Notes: generated by a model not told the origin, from the sequence alone. Shown: positions 1-14,316, numbered from the whole stretch's first letter. The stretch: DNA of 62,710 nt, filler included, from Phoronis australis (GCA_002633005.1; 3 parts of 3 records of this genome joined end to end with filler, not necessarily neighbours in it); one strand, 5' to 3'. A program made the numbers and translations.

Positions 1-1933
1 GTAAATTTCGTAATAACTTTTGAACGAGCGACCCCTATGGCACTCCCGATGACTTTATCTCACGACGGCCACTTCCCGGTTCAGTGTCGCAGCTCACACG
101 ATCATACAATACGCAATTTACCATGATATAAGAGTAAAGAGATTCGTTTGATGGACCTGAAAAAGTACCATTTGGCTCTGAATTTAAAGGGTACATTTTA
201 ACCGATTGGTGGCTTGAAAACGTCAGCTTTTGCCGTCCTTTCAGAATCGGGTACTGAAATGATTTTCTGAGCCCTACACCGTAGAAATGGCAATTCTAAA
301 TTAGTCGGACAATGAAGAATAAAGCAATGGACAAGGAAAAAAAACGTTGGGAAATGAGTGCTTTTCAAATAGGGGCAAAATTTAATAATTTTCAAAAAAT
401 GTTCCACTTTGTGAATTTTATTTTTGCTTACTGTACACATCGTCATATGGGTGCTAGAGCTATTATCCATATTTGTTGTCACTTTTACAGTGAAATTTTC
501 AAGTAATGAGCGTAAACATAAAATAGGTGTGGATAAATTGTTCATATGTATATTGATTATAATAATCAGTAGAAAAAGTGACTCGAACAGATTATGTTAC
601 ATTAGAAACTTGGCCTCGGCGTGAGGCGGCCGTCAAAGTGTGCACACATGTAAATTTGTAAACGATGCGGTAGACAGGATACTTCGATACCACGGACACT
701 GCTTTAGCTTCTTATATGAGGAACAAGACAATTATTACTGCTCTACCGATGACTTCAGGGTAAAAATACAGTCTAAAATGTATACTGTAACAGGGATTAA
801 AACTGGTGATTTTTCGATCTGTTTGACTACTGAAATTTAATTCCCAGATCAAAGTCATGTAACATTTCCGTGTAGCTACTGAGAAACCTGTGGCGATTTC
901 AGGTAGCCCTCAAACAAGCCAACATTGCAAAAATTGATTGAGTGGCAACACATTTTTGCGCTGTGTTATTTATAGTGGAAAAGTGGTGATCTGAAGATGT
1001 AATCTGACAGTTTTGCGTTTTTGCCACCCTTTTTCGGAGCCTCGTCTTCTATTTGGGTGAGGAAGAATGGGTACAAATAAGAGATGCTAAAGTTGATCAA
1101 ATTGATCGTGTTGGCATCGCGGTTTTGATGGATCACATGTAGTCCAACTTGAACAAAATGGCCCAAGACTAAGCACTTTATGAATGATTCCATGGCATTA
1201 ACAGCCTGTACGCTGAACGTACCAATAACAGTGTTGAACTTTTGTCGGATTAAGTTTGACATCATGTGAAAGGAACACTGCGAGAAAACCTATCGAACTT
1301 GCTAAGCAAAACACAGATTCTGAGTTGCTTGACATTGAAGGCAGACAGAAACTGTTAGAAAAGTGATAGTCGTTGAAGTGCTATAATGACGATCTGGCAA
1401 TCAACTTAAAAAGGATATATAAAAGTACGTAAAGAAAATGTACCAAGCCAAATGCCAAGGTGAATTGTGTGACCGGGGATAATACCAAGTTTTGGGGCAC
1501 AGTAAAAAAATCCGCCATCATGCACCAATCAAAGCTATGGGGTACCCCAATATCGGAATGGAAATGGTTCTGCTGTTTGAATCTGTTTAGTTCTCAAAGA
1601 GAAGAGGGAAGTAGACAGCTTTTCTGAGACCGTAACCCACATCGCCTAATTTTACAACCATGGCCCTCAAAGCGAGACATGTGCAAAGGATACCCTTTAC
1701 GGTACCTTCATACTTCAAGTGACAGCATCAACCAAAGTGAAATTGTACATGTATAAGCCATTCAATCTCACAAATATCAAAGTCTATTGTATTATCAGTG
1801 TGAAAAATAACTGTGTTTGTTAAACCCACACTTAAGGAAAATATTTGCTCGTTTTACGTGTCAATGCACAAGCCTTGAAAGAGGGCGGCACGCAGGTTTA
1901 ACTGAGGACGAGAGTATTTGTGGAATATGTAAC

Positions 1934-2681
1934 GTAGAAAATATATCTGAAACTAAATAAGGCGATCCAGATCCTCCCAAGGATACTATTGTTTCGTGGA
2001 ATGAAGAATATAAATCGGTAAATAAAACAACAAGAATGGATCAACTGAAATTTGAAATTTTCGGAGGTAACAACTTCCTTTATCAACAAAAAACAGAAAT
2101 AAAGTAAAATCAAACACGAAATGACAATTGACATATAAGATATGGTGTAATGAAAATGATACATTTTTGCGTAAAAAATTCAATGACATATTTTAAGTTT
2201 TTATGTTCAATCCATGAGGTTCTATTGTATTCAGTTTGTCTATCCAATATTGTTCTCTTTTAAGTCTGTGAGGGGTATTGGGGTGTTAATCTATCATAGA
2301 TTTAACATAATACATAAAAACATTTCTGATACTGTAGGTAATCATTTCAATTCCAAAAACCATAATATTCAAGATCTTTCTGTACAAATAATAGAAAAAC
2401 TCCAACACCCCAATACCCCTCACAGACTTAAAAGAGAACAATATTGGATAGACAAACTGAATACAATAGAACCTCATGGATTGAACATAAAAACTTAAAA
2501 TATGTCATTGAATTTTTTACGCAAAAATGTATCATTTTCATTACACCATATCTTATATGTCAATTGTCATTTCGTGTTTGATTTTACTTTATTTCTGTTT
2601 TTGTTGATAAAGGAAGTTGTTACCTCCGAAAATTTCAAATTTCAGTTGATCCATTCTTGTTGTTTTATTTACCGATTTATA
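1934..2681 (+). mobile_element. Penelope-like retroelement, 5'-truncated: C-terminal GIY-YIG endonuclease plus inverted duplication of its 3' end
   Basis: ORF 2214-2498 ends in HRFNIIHKNISDTVGNHFNSKNHNIQDLSVQIIE...RLKREQYWIDKLNTIEPHGLN, typical of the Penelope GIY-YIG C-terminus. Near-perfect inverted arms at 2008-2287 and 2404-2682. Flanked by the 13-bp direct repeat TGGAATATGTAAC (1921-1933, 2682-2694). Confidence 0.88.
2600..2639 (+). ncRNA. Non-canonical minimal type I hammerhead-like motif in the Penelope 3' region (mirror copy at 2051-2090, - strand)
   Basis: TTTG-TTGATAA-AGGAAGTTGTTACCTCC-GAAAATTT-CAAA: variant CUGANGA core, GGA/TCC stem II, GAAA, palindromic AAUU stem III and TTTG/CAAA stem I. 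Penelope-like elements are known to carry such motifs at this position. Confidence 0.45.
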
Positions 2682-2904
2682 TGGAATATGTAACAAATTG
2701 AAAAGTAATGAGATTTACTTTATGTGCCACTATCCTGTCATTGGTGACATGCACAGACATTTGCTGACGATTATGACACTGACCGGATGCCAGAGTAATT
2801 CAAATATTTCAAAGCCATCATCTTTGGAAACTAAAAATCCCAGACGCTAAAAATATCATGAGCAAGAGTGCTAAGAGCTGAACTTTTATCATTGTAAAGT
2901 TGTA

Positions 2905-2969
2905 ATGTAAACTGTAGGCTACTTATCCGGCCAAGGCCTAAATACAATAAACATTTCTGATTCTGAATC
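2905..2969 (+). mobile_element. 3' tail of a LINE (RTE-X/CR1-like)
   Basis: GGCCAAGGCCTAAATACAATAAAC followed by an ATTCTG-type tail; similar to the RTE-X 3' end at 28746-28783. Confidence 0.45.
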
Positions 2970-5900
2970 TATAATTTTTTATGCAATGAATAGCGACTTC
3001 TACGTCTATGAAAAGTAACGTTTAAGTTGAAAAGTTCTGGGTCCAGTTGCATAAAATTTATACGCCGTATAGCAATAATGACGTGGCATTATCACGCATC
3101 ACGTTATTGTAGAACAATACACTTGACGTCATGCAACAATCAAATTTATCCAGTGGATAATTTTGAAGTTTTATTGAACCTAGCCCTGGTAATGTAATTT
3201 TGCGTTATTGTTTTTTGGCTGCTTTTGCTATTGGCGAAGTTAAAACAAAGCTCGCAGTGCGGAAGGAAACTTGGTAAAATAAATTAACGCTGTCATTCCC
3301 ATTTATACTCGTGTGTATATTATTTTCTAAAATATCAACATGCCCTTACGGCTACACTCAACACCGGGTGATCTAACTGAAGATGTAAGTGACCATCACC
3401 CACTAGGGGCCCGCTTCTTGGAATGAAGGGGCAGGTTTGGCGACGGCCGGAGGGAGGTAGGTAGATTGAAAAATGTGGTGAGAGGGGAATGTGACGGACA
3501 AATCATTGTAACAGCCAGTGTGTGTGATTACTGGGTAGCTAGGTGAAAAAGCAGTTCCAACGGAGGGAGTGAACAGACTGTGAAAACCGGTGCCACTTAA
3601 AATTACCCACCTTCGTATAGCTTAAGGCCTCTGAACTATCTGTGCAAACCTACGAGTATACGGTACTATATACCCGCTCGGCGAGTTCACTAAGCAACGT
3701 TGCCATTTACCGTCAGGTGTACGCTCTCGCATTTAACTGACAGCACAGTCTGGTATCGGTTACTACACGCACTTCGGCTATTTCGGTTTATGAAACAATT
3801 TGACGTTTTCGTCCGAGGGAGAAGTTCCTAACTTAAACGTTCCGTGTATGAATCAAGATCCTGTCAAAATACCAAGCACAGGAGACGGATACAAATATCT
3901 TGTTAAGATTGCTTCCTTCGGTAACAGCCCACGGTCTCAAGCGGCAGAAATTGGAAGTTTTAGCCTAGCCAGCCTTATGAGCTGTGGCGTGCAAGATGTC
4001 TTTTGAGAAAAACCTTTTTGAGGTAAGAAATTTGAGGATGTGTGGTGAAGACCTGATTGTGAGTCACTGTATAAGGCAACAGTCGGTTTGCGGCTGTTAC
4101 CGAAATTGGGAGTGAGGAGCCCGGGACACTTGATCTCGGGAAACGGCTCTTGGTTTTCTTATCAATAATTTATGTACCTGGCTGCTTCTTTGGGTTAGTG
4201 GGACTAATTACACGCACGACATACAGTATGCCTATACATCATGTATCTTTGGCAGTTCCCCAAGGTAACTACTGTATAGTGAATTGCCGAATGAGGCTAA
4301 TTCGGTTTCAATGAGGGAGTATTCTGTTGTTACCAAAATATACTGTAACTACAGCATTTGAAATTTGTTTGTAATCACAGTTGCTGGTATTTGCTGTCGG
4401 TTAATTGTGGAGTTTTTCTGATCTCGTAAAAAATGATGAAAAAGCTTGATATGACAGCCAGAGAGCGCTATATCGCCGTACCTGTCACGACGCTGTAATT
4501 CCCACTGGACACAACGTCCGTAAGTATACTGTCAAAGATCAGGGCAAAAGTAACGAGATTTTTTTGTTGATGTGGTTTTACTCGAAATAAAGCTTACAAA
4601 TTTATTTTTCGCATTATTGCCGTTTTTGTCAGCATGCTGTTGCTCGTTTTACGTAGTTTCACCATGGACGTTTTAACGCTGCTCTGTGAGCACAGCATGC
4701 CGCGGACCTGTTAGGGTCGGGGTAGGAAAAGTCTACATTTAACGTTTTACAAACATTCGTGTCTTTAAACACCGGAACACTATCCGCGAGAAAATATGTT
4801 TCCTGCGATCAGTCTCAGTGCGGATTAAAACTTACGTGTACAACCCTTGCGGTCGCGGCTCGCAATCGCCCGGCGAGCTAAATCCCACTCGATAAATGGT
4901 GGTGTATTTTAAGGGAAATCAACTTGAAAAGTCACCAGCTTTGATTTCAGCAAATAATTGCGGAAAAGGGCGAGACTAAAATCACAAAATCACAACGAGC
5001 TTTGTTTTTTTATATCTCTTGTCTAACTTATAACTTCAAGACGAGATGTTTACCATGCAGCGATAGTCATAAAATGTTTTATCGGACGTAATACCGATTG
5101 TATCTCTCTAATGTGAAAAAATCGGTGATAAGGACGCATTTAAACTAAAAAGCCCAAAGTTGAGCAGCACCACATTGATTTCATCCCAGACTCAACATTC
5201 CGATACTCACTAGGAGCCTTTTGATTAGAAACACCTCCGTGAATATATTTTGTTTTGCGATCATTTTTCTCGAAAATATACGAGGCCAATATTCGCCGAC
5301 CTTTCTGCTCAACCAATCGTGACCTTCAGGTGCGGCATAATTGTGCATGTACGCGTTTTTAGATTTCAGACATGAGGTCCAAAAACACAGTACTCTGATA
5401 ATATAGTTACATCCCAAAATAGATTGGCTAACTGTTAAATAATTACCAGATTATGGGGATGTGAAAGTGTATCAAGCAAAGCCGGTTTACCATCTGTATT
5501 TATTCGAGATTATTCAAAGAGCTTAGAGACTCTGCGAGGAAGTCATTCGGTTGATTAACGGTCAAACACAAAAACATGATAAACGTCTCTAAAACTAGGT
5601 ATACGTTTAAATCAATCAAAGGTAAGGATGAATGTCAAGTTATTTACGGAATACGAGGGTTAGGATGCAAACCCCCAGGTCTGTGTAGTAAAGCCGCAGC
5701 AAGCTCGACTTCAACTCATATCTCTTGCGGCTGTACATCGCCCGATTCTCCAACTACATGTATTGTAAAGAAAACGTAATGACACACTCAAAAGATTAAC
5801 CCTTGGCATTTTCGTTTCGATCATCACCGTTACGTTCCTGGAGTAGTAAATTAACTACACTAGAATAAAAATTCCCCACGAATGCATTCTCAGTCCTAAA

Positions 5901-6348
5901 TGCGATGGTGTTCTTTAACAAACATTTCACGCATGCGTCATGCTGATACTTATTGTCACACATAAAGCTTTTTTATTAAGATAGTAGTAATTTACAAAGA
6001 TGCAATTAGTCAGACGCATGAAACTAAGACGCGAGCTCGTGGCATAGATATCGGTAGATAGGCGTATCCATTGTTCATTTTGTTTTTCTTTTCTATCGTT
6101 AAGATAATGGTAAGCGTAATCGGTAACTGTCTGATGTGCGCCCAATCCGTGCGACCTGCATTGTTATATCCAAAAAAGACACAACTAAGAAAAACAATGG
6201 TAGCGTCCAATAGGCGATAACCATGCGACGTGATTACTCCAGTCCCCTGGATCTCGCAAGTTAAACAATAACTTGCGACCTCCACACGATATCATTTGGC
6301 AAGGGCCGGGCCACCACCTAACCAGCGCACGTGACATGGTGCTACTAA

Positions 6349-6682
6349 AGCCTTGGTCACAACCCGCCGTACGTGCAAGTGCGTGCTGTCTACGTGTAAA
6401 AACGTGGGGGAAATTTGGCGATCCGTACGTGGCAAGTACGGCCTCCGTGCGTTTTGGTGAATACGCAGGAGAACGCAGACACGACGTAGCACTTTTAGTG
6501 CATGCAGAACTTTCTCTGCGTGCAAGCTGCGTTCGCATTTACAGATTCACGGCAGTACGTGTGACGTACGTCCTCCCTGCGCTTGCCACTCCCTACTCAC
6601 GTTTTCAGAAAAACGTGGTGCCCGTGGCGTCCGCAGAAAACGTACGAACAATAAACACGCACGGCGGGTTGTGACCATAGCT
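6349..6682. mobile_element. PIF/Harbinger-type MITE
   Basis: TIRs AGCCTTGGTCACAACCCGCCGT / ACGGCGGGTTGTGACCATAGCT; TAA TSD at 6346-6348 and 6683-6685; CpG-rich interior. Confidence 0.85.
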
Positions 6683-9600
6683 TAACTGGGACCCGTTCCT
6701 AGAAAGAGGTTCTCAGGTACACTACTTGTTGCAGAGAAAACAGGAAAAAATTGGAAACAAAAACAACAAAAATTATTAAAAACCTGTTCTGCTTACTGGC
6801 ATTGCTAATAATGCAAATACACTAATCAGGCAAAGTGTCGAGCACATCGCAGAAAAAGTGCCGCTTTCGTTTGCGCATGGTTCAATGATTGAAAGACATA
6901 ATCGACTACCATGAAGCATGAATAAATAGCGTAAGTTTGAACAGAAATACACGAAATTATCTCTAATAAAACTAGCAGTATCTTCACCAAACTTACCTCG
7001 GGTTCCTTGCGTCAATATGTTTCCCGTGTGCTTTTGTTTTCGCAGGCATCTGCGAGTCCAATGGCCCTAGGCTTCACAGCTTTTGAACACACGTGACCAT
7101 GGCGCGACACGTAATTCAAGCAATTTTTGATGTCCAGCAACACAATACTTTGGTAATAGTGAACACCCAAAAATGTTTAGCTGAACAGTTGTATATCAGG
7201 TTTTTAAAGATGATTTACCAAATTTATATATCAATTATAGCGCCGGCTGGCCTAAAGTAGTTGAAAAAGAGTTTTAAGACTCAGCTAATGATTTCAATAT
7301 GTAATTAGTAACACACTGCAAAGGATGTAAACTTTATGAAAACTAAAATCAATCAAAAGTAAGCACGAATGTCAAACTATTTGTGGAAGATGGGGAGTGA
7401 ATTGCATATCTCAGTGCCCAGCTGTCTACTTATGAGCTCAGCATTTCTGTAGCGGTTCAAACTCGTCTCGCACGGCACTCCAGATCGTTTCCCAAATGCT
7501 TATTCTAGAGAGATTGCCCCTCCAATGTCCTTCGGTTTCCTACGCATTTTCTTTACATAGGTTCAATAGATCGAGTGGTACATGTACCCTACCTTATGTT
7601 GGGAATCGCGATTTGCAATAAAATCATTAAAACGCGCCCCGGTTTTGCAGTTTTATGGTTCTGGCCAAGGTTAATGATTTCAAGAAGTCGATTTTACCCA
7701 AAGATAACAACCATAATGCACTTATGCGACCGTAAAGCCTACTGTTTGCCTTTCACCGCCTTAGGAAAATTGTTTCAAGACTCTTAAACCTGGAAAGCTC
7801 GTAGACACCACATAGTCCTTATTTAACACCCTGCCATTATGAAAATTCCAAAACGCTCAAAAAATGTGCAACATCACAAGAAGCTAGCTGTGCTTGACTT
7901 GCTGTCTACTCCGTCGATCGTCTCCGTGTTCTTCATTTAAAGTACTTGTTCCATCTACACACCGCCGCGTACAAAATATTTTTATCCGTTTTGTCGGGAT
8001 CGTCCGACATGGCGAACGACGACGCACAGTCAGCTGGGTCAGCCATGCGCAAATCGGGGAAATTAGACCCATTTACGACATCGCGGCGAGCCAGCAGCAC
8101 AAATATACCAGGAGAAAGTTGAAAATGAAAACTGAGCCGCATTTTATGATCCAATTAAGTAGTCAACGTTTCGGTTTATTGACATCATGAAATAATGTCA
8201 CTAACCGGCAATACAGCCAAAACACTAATTGAACATCGCAATGCATGAGTGGTAGGCCTACCGATAAGTGACAAGACAGTTAACAGAAGAACTCTGAACC
8301 ACATGACTCAACATTTCTGTTGAGCGAGCTCTCAGCATGAGTCTGTTTGATGTGAATAGATTCACGAAAACACAGCTTGAACTGTACATATAACATTTCT
8401 TTTAAATCTCAGCAACCTGTTTACAGCGTATGATTTACTTTTTATTGTTTCAATTCTCGAACATTTTTAATTCTGGTCTGCACACCACTTGTTGACCACA
8501 TCGCGTGACCTAATGTTTACGATCCTATTGACACCGATTCAAGACTTAAATATCTCTATAGTTATTATACCTGAGTAATGTGGCAGCAGCTCATACCTTA
8601 GACATAATTTGTTGAACACGATTAATTTTCAACGAAATTCTCTCGAGCTCTCTGTATGTTTGACGGTCGTTCGCAGCGCAACGTAGCCGGCAAAGAGACG
8701 CAAACGAATGCTTTATTTTGAGACAATTATTTTGTGCCTTATCCCCAGGCATGAAAATGAAATGACACATGGTTACAAGAATATGTGACGAAGGGTATCA
8801 TGGCGATTATTTCCGTTCCGAAGACTGACTGACAGTGAATGATGTACAAGTTTGATCTGAAATGAAAAATTCGTAAAACAGTCGTCCTTTTACCACATTG
8901 ACTAAATTAGAGAGCATTTGGATACGATTTTTATTTTGTGATGACGTAATATGGCGCCGGAAAACATTTCACAATAACGTCATACTTAACAATAGGCAAA
9001 CACAAGTGTAGACATGAGGGGAAACTTAATTTATACATGAAGGAACTCATTCTGCATTGTTCATATGAACAACCTGAAATAATCGCCATCTAGCGGTGGT
9101 GGTAATTGTGTTCCTGAACTCTGCGCGCTTTGAGAACATCAAATTGTGTATTTGTATGATACGCTTTATGAACCAAAAAACAAGTGGCGTCAAAATAATA
9201 CCTACAAGCAAAGCACGTAACTGCGTCACTTTTACTGTGCAAACCAAAAAGGTAAAATTGAAGGTACACAAAACCCAGAAAAATTTACTTACACCGACGC
9301 GCATTTCAGTTACCCGTGTAGGTTTCTCATTTTTGTTTATAGAAAAAAAAAATCATTCGGTGAAACTCAAATAGTTTGCAGCAGCAAAGATCAATACCTA
9401 AACCAGATTTAAACAGCGTGATGAATCCGATGTGGTAATCATATCGAATCTAAAAAGAAATTTATCACTGGAATAAATCAAAATATCGGAGACGTTTGAT
9501 CCCAGTACGGCAATCGATTGACTGCATTCTCTACAATCTTCGGAAAGCTACGTAATGTATCGAAATAAAGAACAAAAGAATACGTCCCAAAACGTGATCC

Positions 9601-9922
9601 AAAACAGTAATTTTCAAAGATGAAGCTGTTTGAAAATTTCGATAACGTTCGGTTCCGCACTCAAAAGAGCCACATCAAGGAAGTAGCTGGGACACTACAC
9701 ATGCCTGTATATAACAGGAAAGAGAAAAAAATTAGATTGACTAACCTTGATTATAACGTCCGGCTGTGTTTATACCTTGAATTTTACTGAATTTTACGTG
9801 AACCTTTTTGCAAGGCGGTTTAACATGGAAGTTTCTGAAAGCTAATCTGAAAGCTGCGTAGTGCGGAGTATTGTGTATGTCAAATTTACGCTGCCCTACA
9901 CTGTGCTAAGAGTAGCCTACAT

Positions 9923-10082
9923 TAGTGTCGGATTTAGGGGGGGGGGGGAAAGGGGGCCTTGGCCCCTAAAGTTCTCCCAGATTCCATTTGGCAGAGTTCG
10001 GGGGTGCGAGTATCTGACGGTAAAAATCCTGGATAATACTGTGCCTTGCCCCCACTAACTCAAAATCCTGAATCCACCACTG
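9923..10082. mobile_element. hAT-like short MITE
   Basis: Ends TAGTGTCGGATTTAGGGGGG and AAATCCTGAATCCACCACTG form an imperfect TIR; no clean TSD. Confidence 0.4.
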
Positions 10083-12991
10083 TACATGTACATGGCAATA
10101 CACCGAACCAATGAGACGCATACACGCATTGGAGATAGATGCTAGAAATAAAACATTTTTTTTCGCGTACTTTCGGCGTGGACCATTGGGCGCAGAAACT
10201 ACACAGTTTAATTTACGCAGGTGTACGCAAACCCGAGAAATTCAAGTTACTCTACGCTATGCCTACGCACTTTAGTACGCTAACCAACACCTGTTTAACG
10301 AAACCTAATCTATGCATCACCTGGACTACTGACGCCAATCCTCTGCACAGCAACATAGTTATTCACTCAAGCCAGGTGCGAAAGGGATACTGGGTAGTAT
10401 TCCTCCAAACCCCCATATTAAAATGCAAATTGTAATACAGGGTACTCAACTTTACTAAACGGGAATTCCAAAGATAGTGTACGCTTGCCAACCGTCATTT
10501 GACGGGTCTTAATTGTGTACCGGATGATGACGGCGTGGGGGGATCATGGCACCTTCGGGAGGCCACACCGCAAAAAGAAAAATTCGCCCCTGGCCAAATA
10601 GATCGATGCTGTCGGCGCAGTTATAAGCTGAAGAACCCCTCATGGAGATGACTTTACACCGAAGGGACCTTTACCCGAATAGCCTTTACTCCAAAGATTG
10701 TATTTCTGGGTGTTTATGTTTTACTTTTTTAAATAATTGGACACATGATAAGCCAAAACGTCTGTTTGCATGCATGCCAGATTTTAGAGTTAGCGGAAGT
10801 CATGTTTTCAAATAGAATTGCATCATTACTGCACAAAGCAGTTAACGACTCCTGAACATCGTCTTGTGCCCGTGCGACGTCCTCATGACTAGGTTACGAG
10901 TCTCATATATGGTGAAGTCTACCCTTTCCAAGTCCAATCCTTGAATTTTTATGCATATCAATGTCATTGTCGTAGTTTATACCGCCATAGGACTACAGAA
11001 TCCTCAAAGTTCTAAGTAATATTGTATATAACCATATCATTTCGAGGTAACGATTCTTCGTGGTAAAGGCGCCTCCTTTCGGAAATTAAATCACGAATAA
11101 GGAATTCCCGAGAGCATTCCAAATAACAATAGTTTTGGTGTTGATTTCTTGTCTGTCCTATCCCTGACCGTTACGTACAAGTCATCAGAGATATATCTTA
11201 CCAGTCTCATGCCAAGAACATGTTTGACGCCAGCATGGTTGAGTTAGCAGAGGTTTCGTAGACTGAGCCACTTCAGTTTGGCTTGGACAGTAAGGGCATA
11301 TTGTGCCTAATTTAGACCATGTAGTTTTTAACCAGGAGGAGACCATTTGCAGATGCATAACCAGCGGAAGCAAAGCATTGGCAAAATGCTCAAAAGTAGA
11401 CAGGTCAGTTATCGAAGATGGGAACAAAAACAGTTCTATATCGCGCGAGTGAAAAGCTAGCGTTCGGGGGAGTTCGCACATGATCTCTTCATTCTGATAC
11501 GTTTGTGAAACAGCCATTGTAATTGATTAGTCGATGAAGTTGGACTGATAACCCATGGAATCAAATTCATTGTCTCCATTCAAACAAGCGAAATTTTGTG
11601 CGGCTAATGTTTAGTGAGCGTCTTGTGAGGTATTGTATTCATTTTAACCCGTTTACTAAATGAAGTATACATCAAGTCTCATAATATCATGTTGCAAACG
11701 TACTCAGTCCTAAAGGTCTACCCGCCCTGAGCCTTCTATTGCCGCGCCACCGTTCAAGATGGAAGTCAAGAACGACTCTCTCTAAACACATCTAGCTACA
11801 CGTAGACGAAACTGTTGATTTTAAGTGTTAATTAGCTATCATTGAATGTTTTGGGAAACAACATCGCACTAAATTTAACTGATTTTCTGTTAATGAATGT
11901 TTAGTTTGTGCGAGTATGCCTATAAATATGATCGCACACTTTCACGTGCCAACTGAAGACAACCAGACTACAGTTGTACATGTACAAAAGTGTCGCATAC
12001 TTTCAAACTTATCCGTAGAACGGAAACACGTGGAAACACATGATTTGATCAAGGTAGAACGTGCATTGCACTAATTAAAGAGGCCAGGAACGCGATAAAC
12101 AGACTTTAAATGCAATATTAAAAGTGGTGCTCTGCCACTGAAACAGAATTCATCCTGGTCACCAGGTATTTTTAGGGTTTGTTCGTAAAGATTTTTAATT
12201 TCTGTTGATATCAAAGCATATTCGTTTTGTTTCACATTAAAAAAAAATAAAAACGATCTGTCAACTGCTCGCCTTCTCCCACAAAGCAAAACAATACTCC
12301 TTGTTTGGTATGACAAGACATACATGTAGACGTAGCACATTTCCCGTATATGGGGAAGTGACCTTTGACCTTAAGCGACTTCAAGCAAGTGACTGTGAGC
12401 GCATTTATCATAAGGGGGAGGGAGATTAGAAAATCTGGGGTAACCACAGGGTTCTTCCTTCGCGCCTATGTCGAAAATCGTGAATTTTGTGAGTTTGTCT
12501 AGAACTTTCCTCACAAGGGAAAGTAAACTACCCTGTACTAGACGTTGAGAGATGGTACTTTCTTCGGGAATTTTTTAAAATATATTTTGACGAGCTTTCG
12601 CGTTTCGCCATGCCTCTTTAAAGGGGGTGATATGAGTTTTCTTGAAATGTTCAAAGATACTTCTTTTGTGAAATTAAGCATAACAGGAATTATGAGGAAT
12701 GCCTCTGTAATGCGCGAACGTGTGCTAAATTACTTTTTTCCATTTCTTATGAGCTTTCGAGTAAACAGATTTCTAAGTATAAATGAAACATACATGTATG
12801 AGTTTTGCAACAAACCAAAGTAGCCAAAGTAAAAATCAAGAGAGGGTCAAAAGATTATAGAATATGTTTTAAAAATTAACAAATACAACAGAAGACGAAT
12901 GAGAAGTGTGCAGCAAAAACATGTTATCATTGTTTAACGCCATTTCTGACTTAGACTATTTACTTCAGTCTCTGCCCTAGTGTAGTACACA

Positions 12992-13213
12992 GGCACGGCA
13001 TTTCGCGTTTCGGTCAGTAATTTTTCGGCCATCTTAAGGAATACGTCATTGGAAAAACGAACACGGATATCTGGTACACACATAGTGGGTAACTAGCGGA
13101 TTGCATTAGGTTGGTGCACAATTAAAATGGTCACCACGAGTGTACCAGATACCTATGTTAGTTGCAACACTCGTGAAGATGGCCGGAGAAATGACCCAAC
13201 GAGACGTCGTGTC
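12992..13213. mobile_element. Degenerate foldback MITE
   Basis: Nested imperfect inverted segments: CGGCCATCTT/AAGATGGCCG, TATCTGGTACAC/GTGTACCAGATA, GGCACG/CGTGTC. Confidence 0.5.
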
Positions 13214-13560
13214 ATTTAAAAAACTGGAGGTGGGTGGCGATAAAAGAGCATATTTTAGAAATAATGTTCACTAGTACATCACCACCGCAAAGCCGTTTCG
13301 GAAGCCAATCATTCTTTCTAAAAATCTTGCTTTAACAAGGAATGGAAAGGATTCGAGGTAGCGCCTCAAATTCCAGCCACCGTCACGATCCGCTAAAAAA
13401 TAATTGCAGGTGGTCCAGTACACGTTGTACCTGACGTGCTCTCGCAGCTAAGATGGGTTCATTGCACTGATAAACTGCACTTGTTTTTATGTTTTATTAA
13501 TACATGTAGTTAAGAAACAATCTGAGGAGCGGCAGATATAACTGATGGGGTGTAGTTGTG

Positions 13561-13632
13561 TACCCCTTGTGAGACTTGAACCCACGACCTTGAATAAGGA
13601 AAGCCACCCTTATCCTACTAGGCTACACTGCC
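13561..13632 (-). pseudogene. tRNA-derived SINE head or tRNA-like pseudogene
   Basis: Reverse complement reads GGCAGTGTAGCCTAGTAGG (A box) ... GGTCGTGGGTTCAAGTCTCAC (B box and T arm); acceptor and anticodon stems do not pair properly. Confidence 0.6.
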
Positions 13633-13723
13633 TCATCAACAGACCCCCAGCTTTTAAACTTCATACAAAGGGATAAAACTCTCATGCCGCTCCCATGGTG
13701 CGGGACCGGAATTTGAATTCCAC

Positions 13724-13797
13724 GTGTGGAGCGTGGCCAACAGGTATGTGTGGAGTGTGGCCAACAGGTATGTGTGGAGCGTGGCCAACAGGTATGT
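13724..13797. repeat. 24-bp tandem repeat, 3 copies
   Basis: Unit TGTGTGGAGCGTGGCCAACAGGTA. Confidence 0.9.
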
Positions 13798-14316
13798 ATG
13801 GATGTTTAGGAGCACAATCGCTGCATTTTGCTCAGCGGGTTTGGTGTTTGGTTTTCCTGGTTTGGGAATCGAAGCAGGTATTTAAAAGCGGGGCTACGGA
13901 CTCGTTTTCACGTTTCAAATCACGTAAGCTAATTACATGTCGAACACAAGTTTTGTAAGTCGAATTCCACGAATTGTTAATCCACTCCTCTGGGTCCGTT
14001 GTGCAGTAAACGAAACTTGAAGTGCATGTTGGGGTAACAAATTTGCTTCCGTATCTAAACCTGTACGGCTCCTGACCTCTGTTGTAACAGTGATGAAATG
14101 AACTTTGAGTAATCCTAGCAAGATCTGTTCACATGACGGTAGTGAACACGGGTCATAGTGTATCGTCTGAGTCCTTGGAAATATTGATTGGAACAGTCTT
14201 CAATCAAAAGAAAACTTTAGTCCTCTTAGCATTATAACACTAAACAGCTTATTATTTAAAATGACTTATTCTTATTAAAATGACATAGGCAAAAAATTGA
14301 ATTTCGGTCCTCAAAA

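Noticed and set aside
6185-6674. Overlapping ORFs of 77-133 aa
   Set aside because: They fall in a GC-rich MITE with TIRs and TSD and show no recognisable domain.
10520-10632. Possible C/D box snoRNA (ATGATGA...CTGA)
   Set aside because: No terminal stem or recognisable antisense element; short boxes occur by chance.
13561-13632. Functional tRNA gene (also 43961-44034)
   Set aside because: A/B boxes are present but acceptor and anticodon stems do not fold.
13551-14239. Possible solo LTR (TGT...ACA, TATA-like box at about 13879)
   Set aside because: No TSD and only a minimal terminal inverted repeat.
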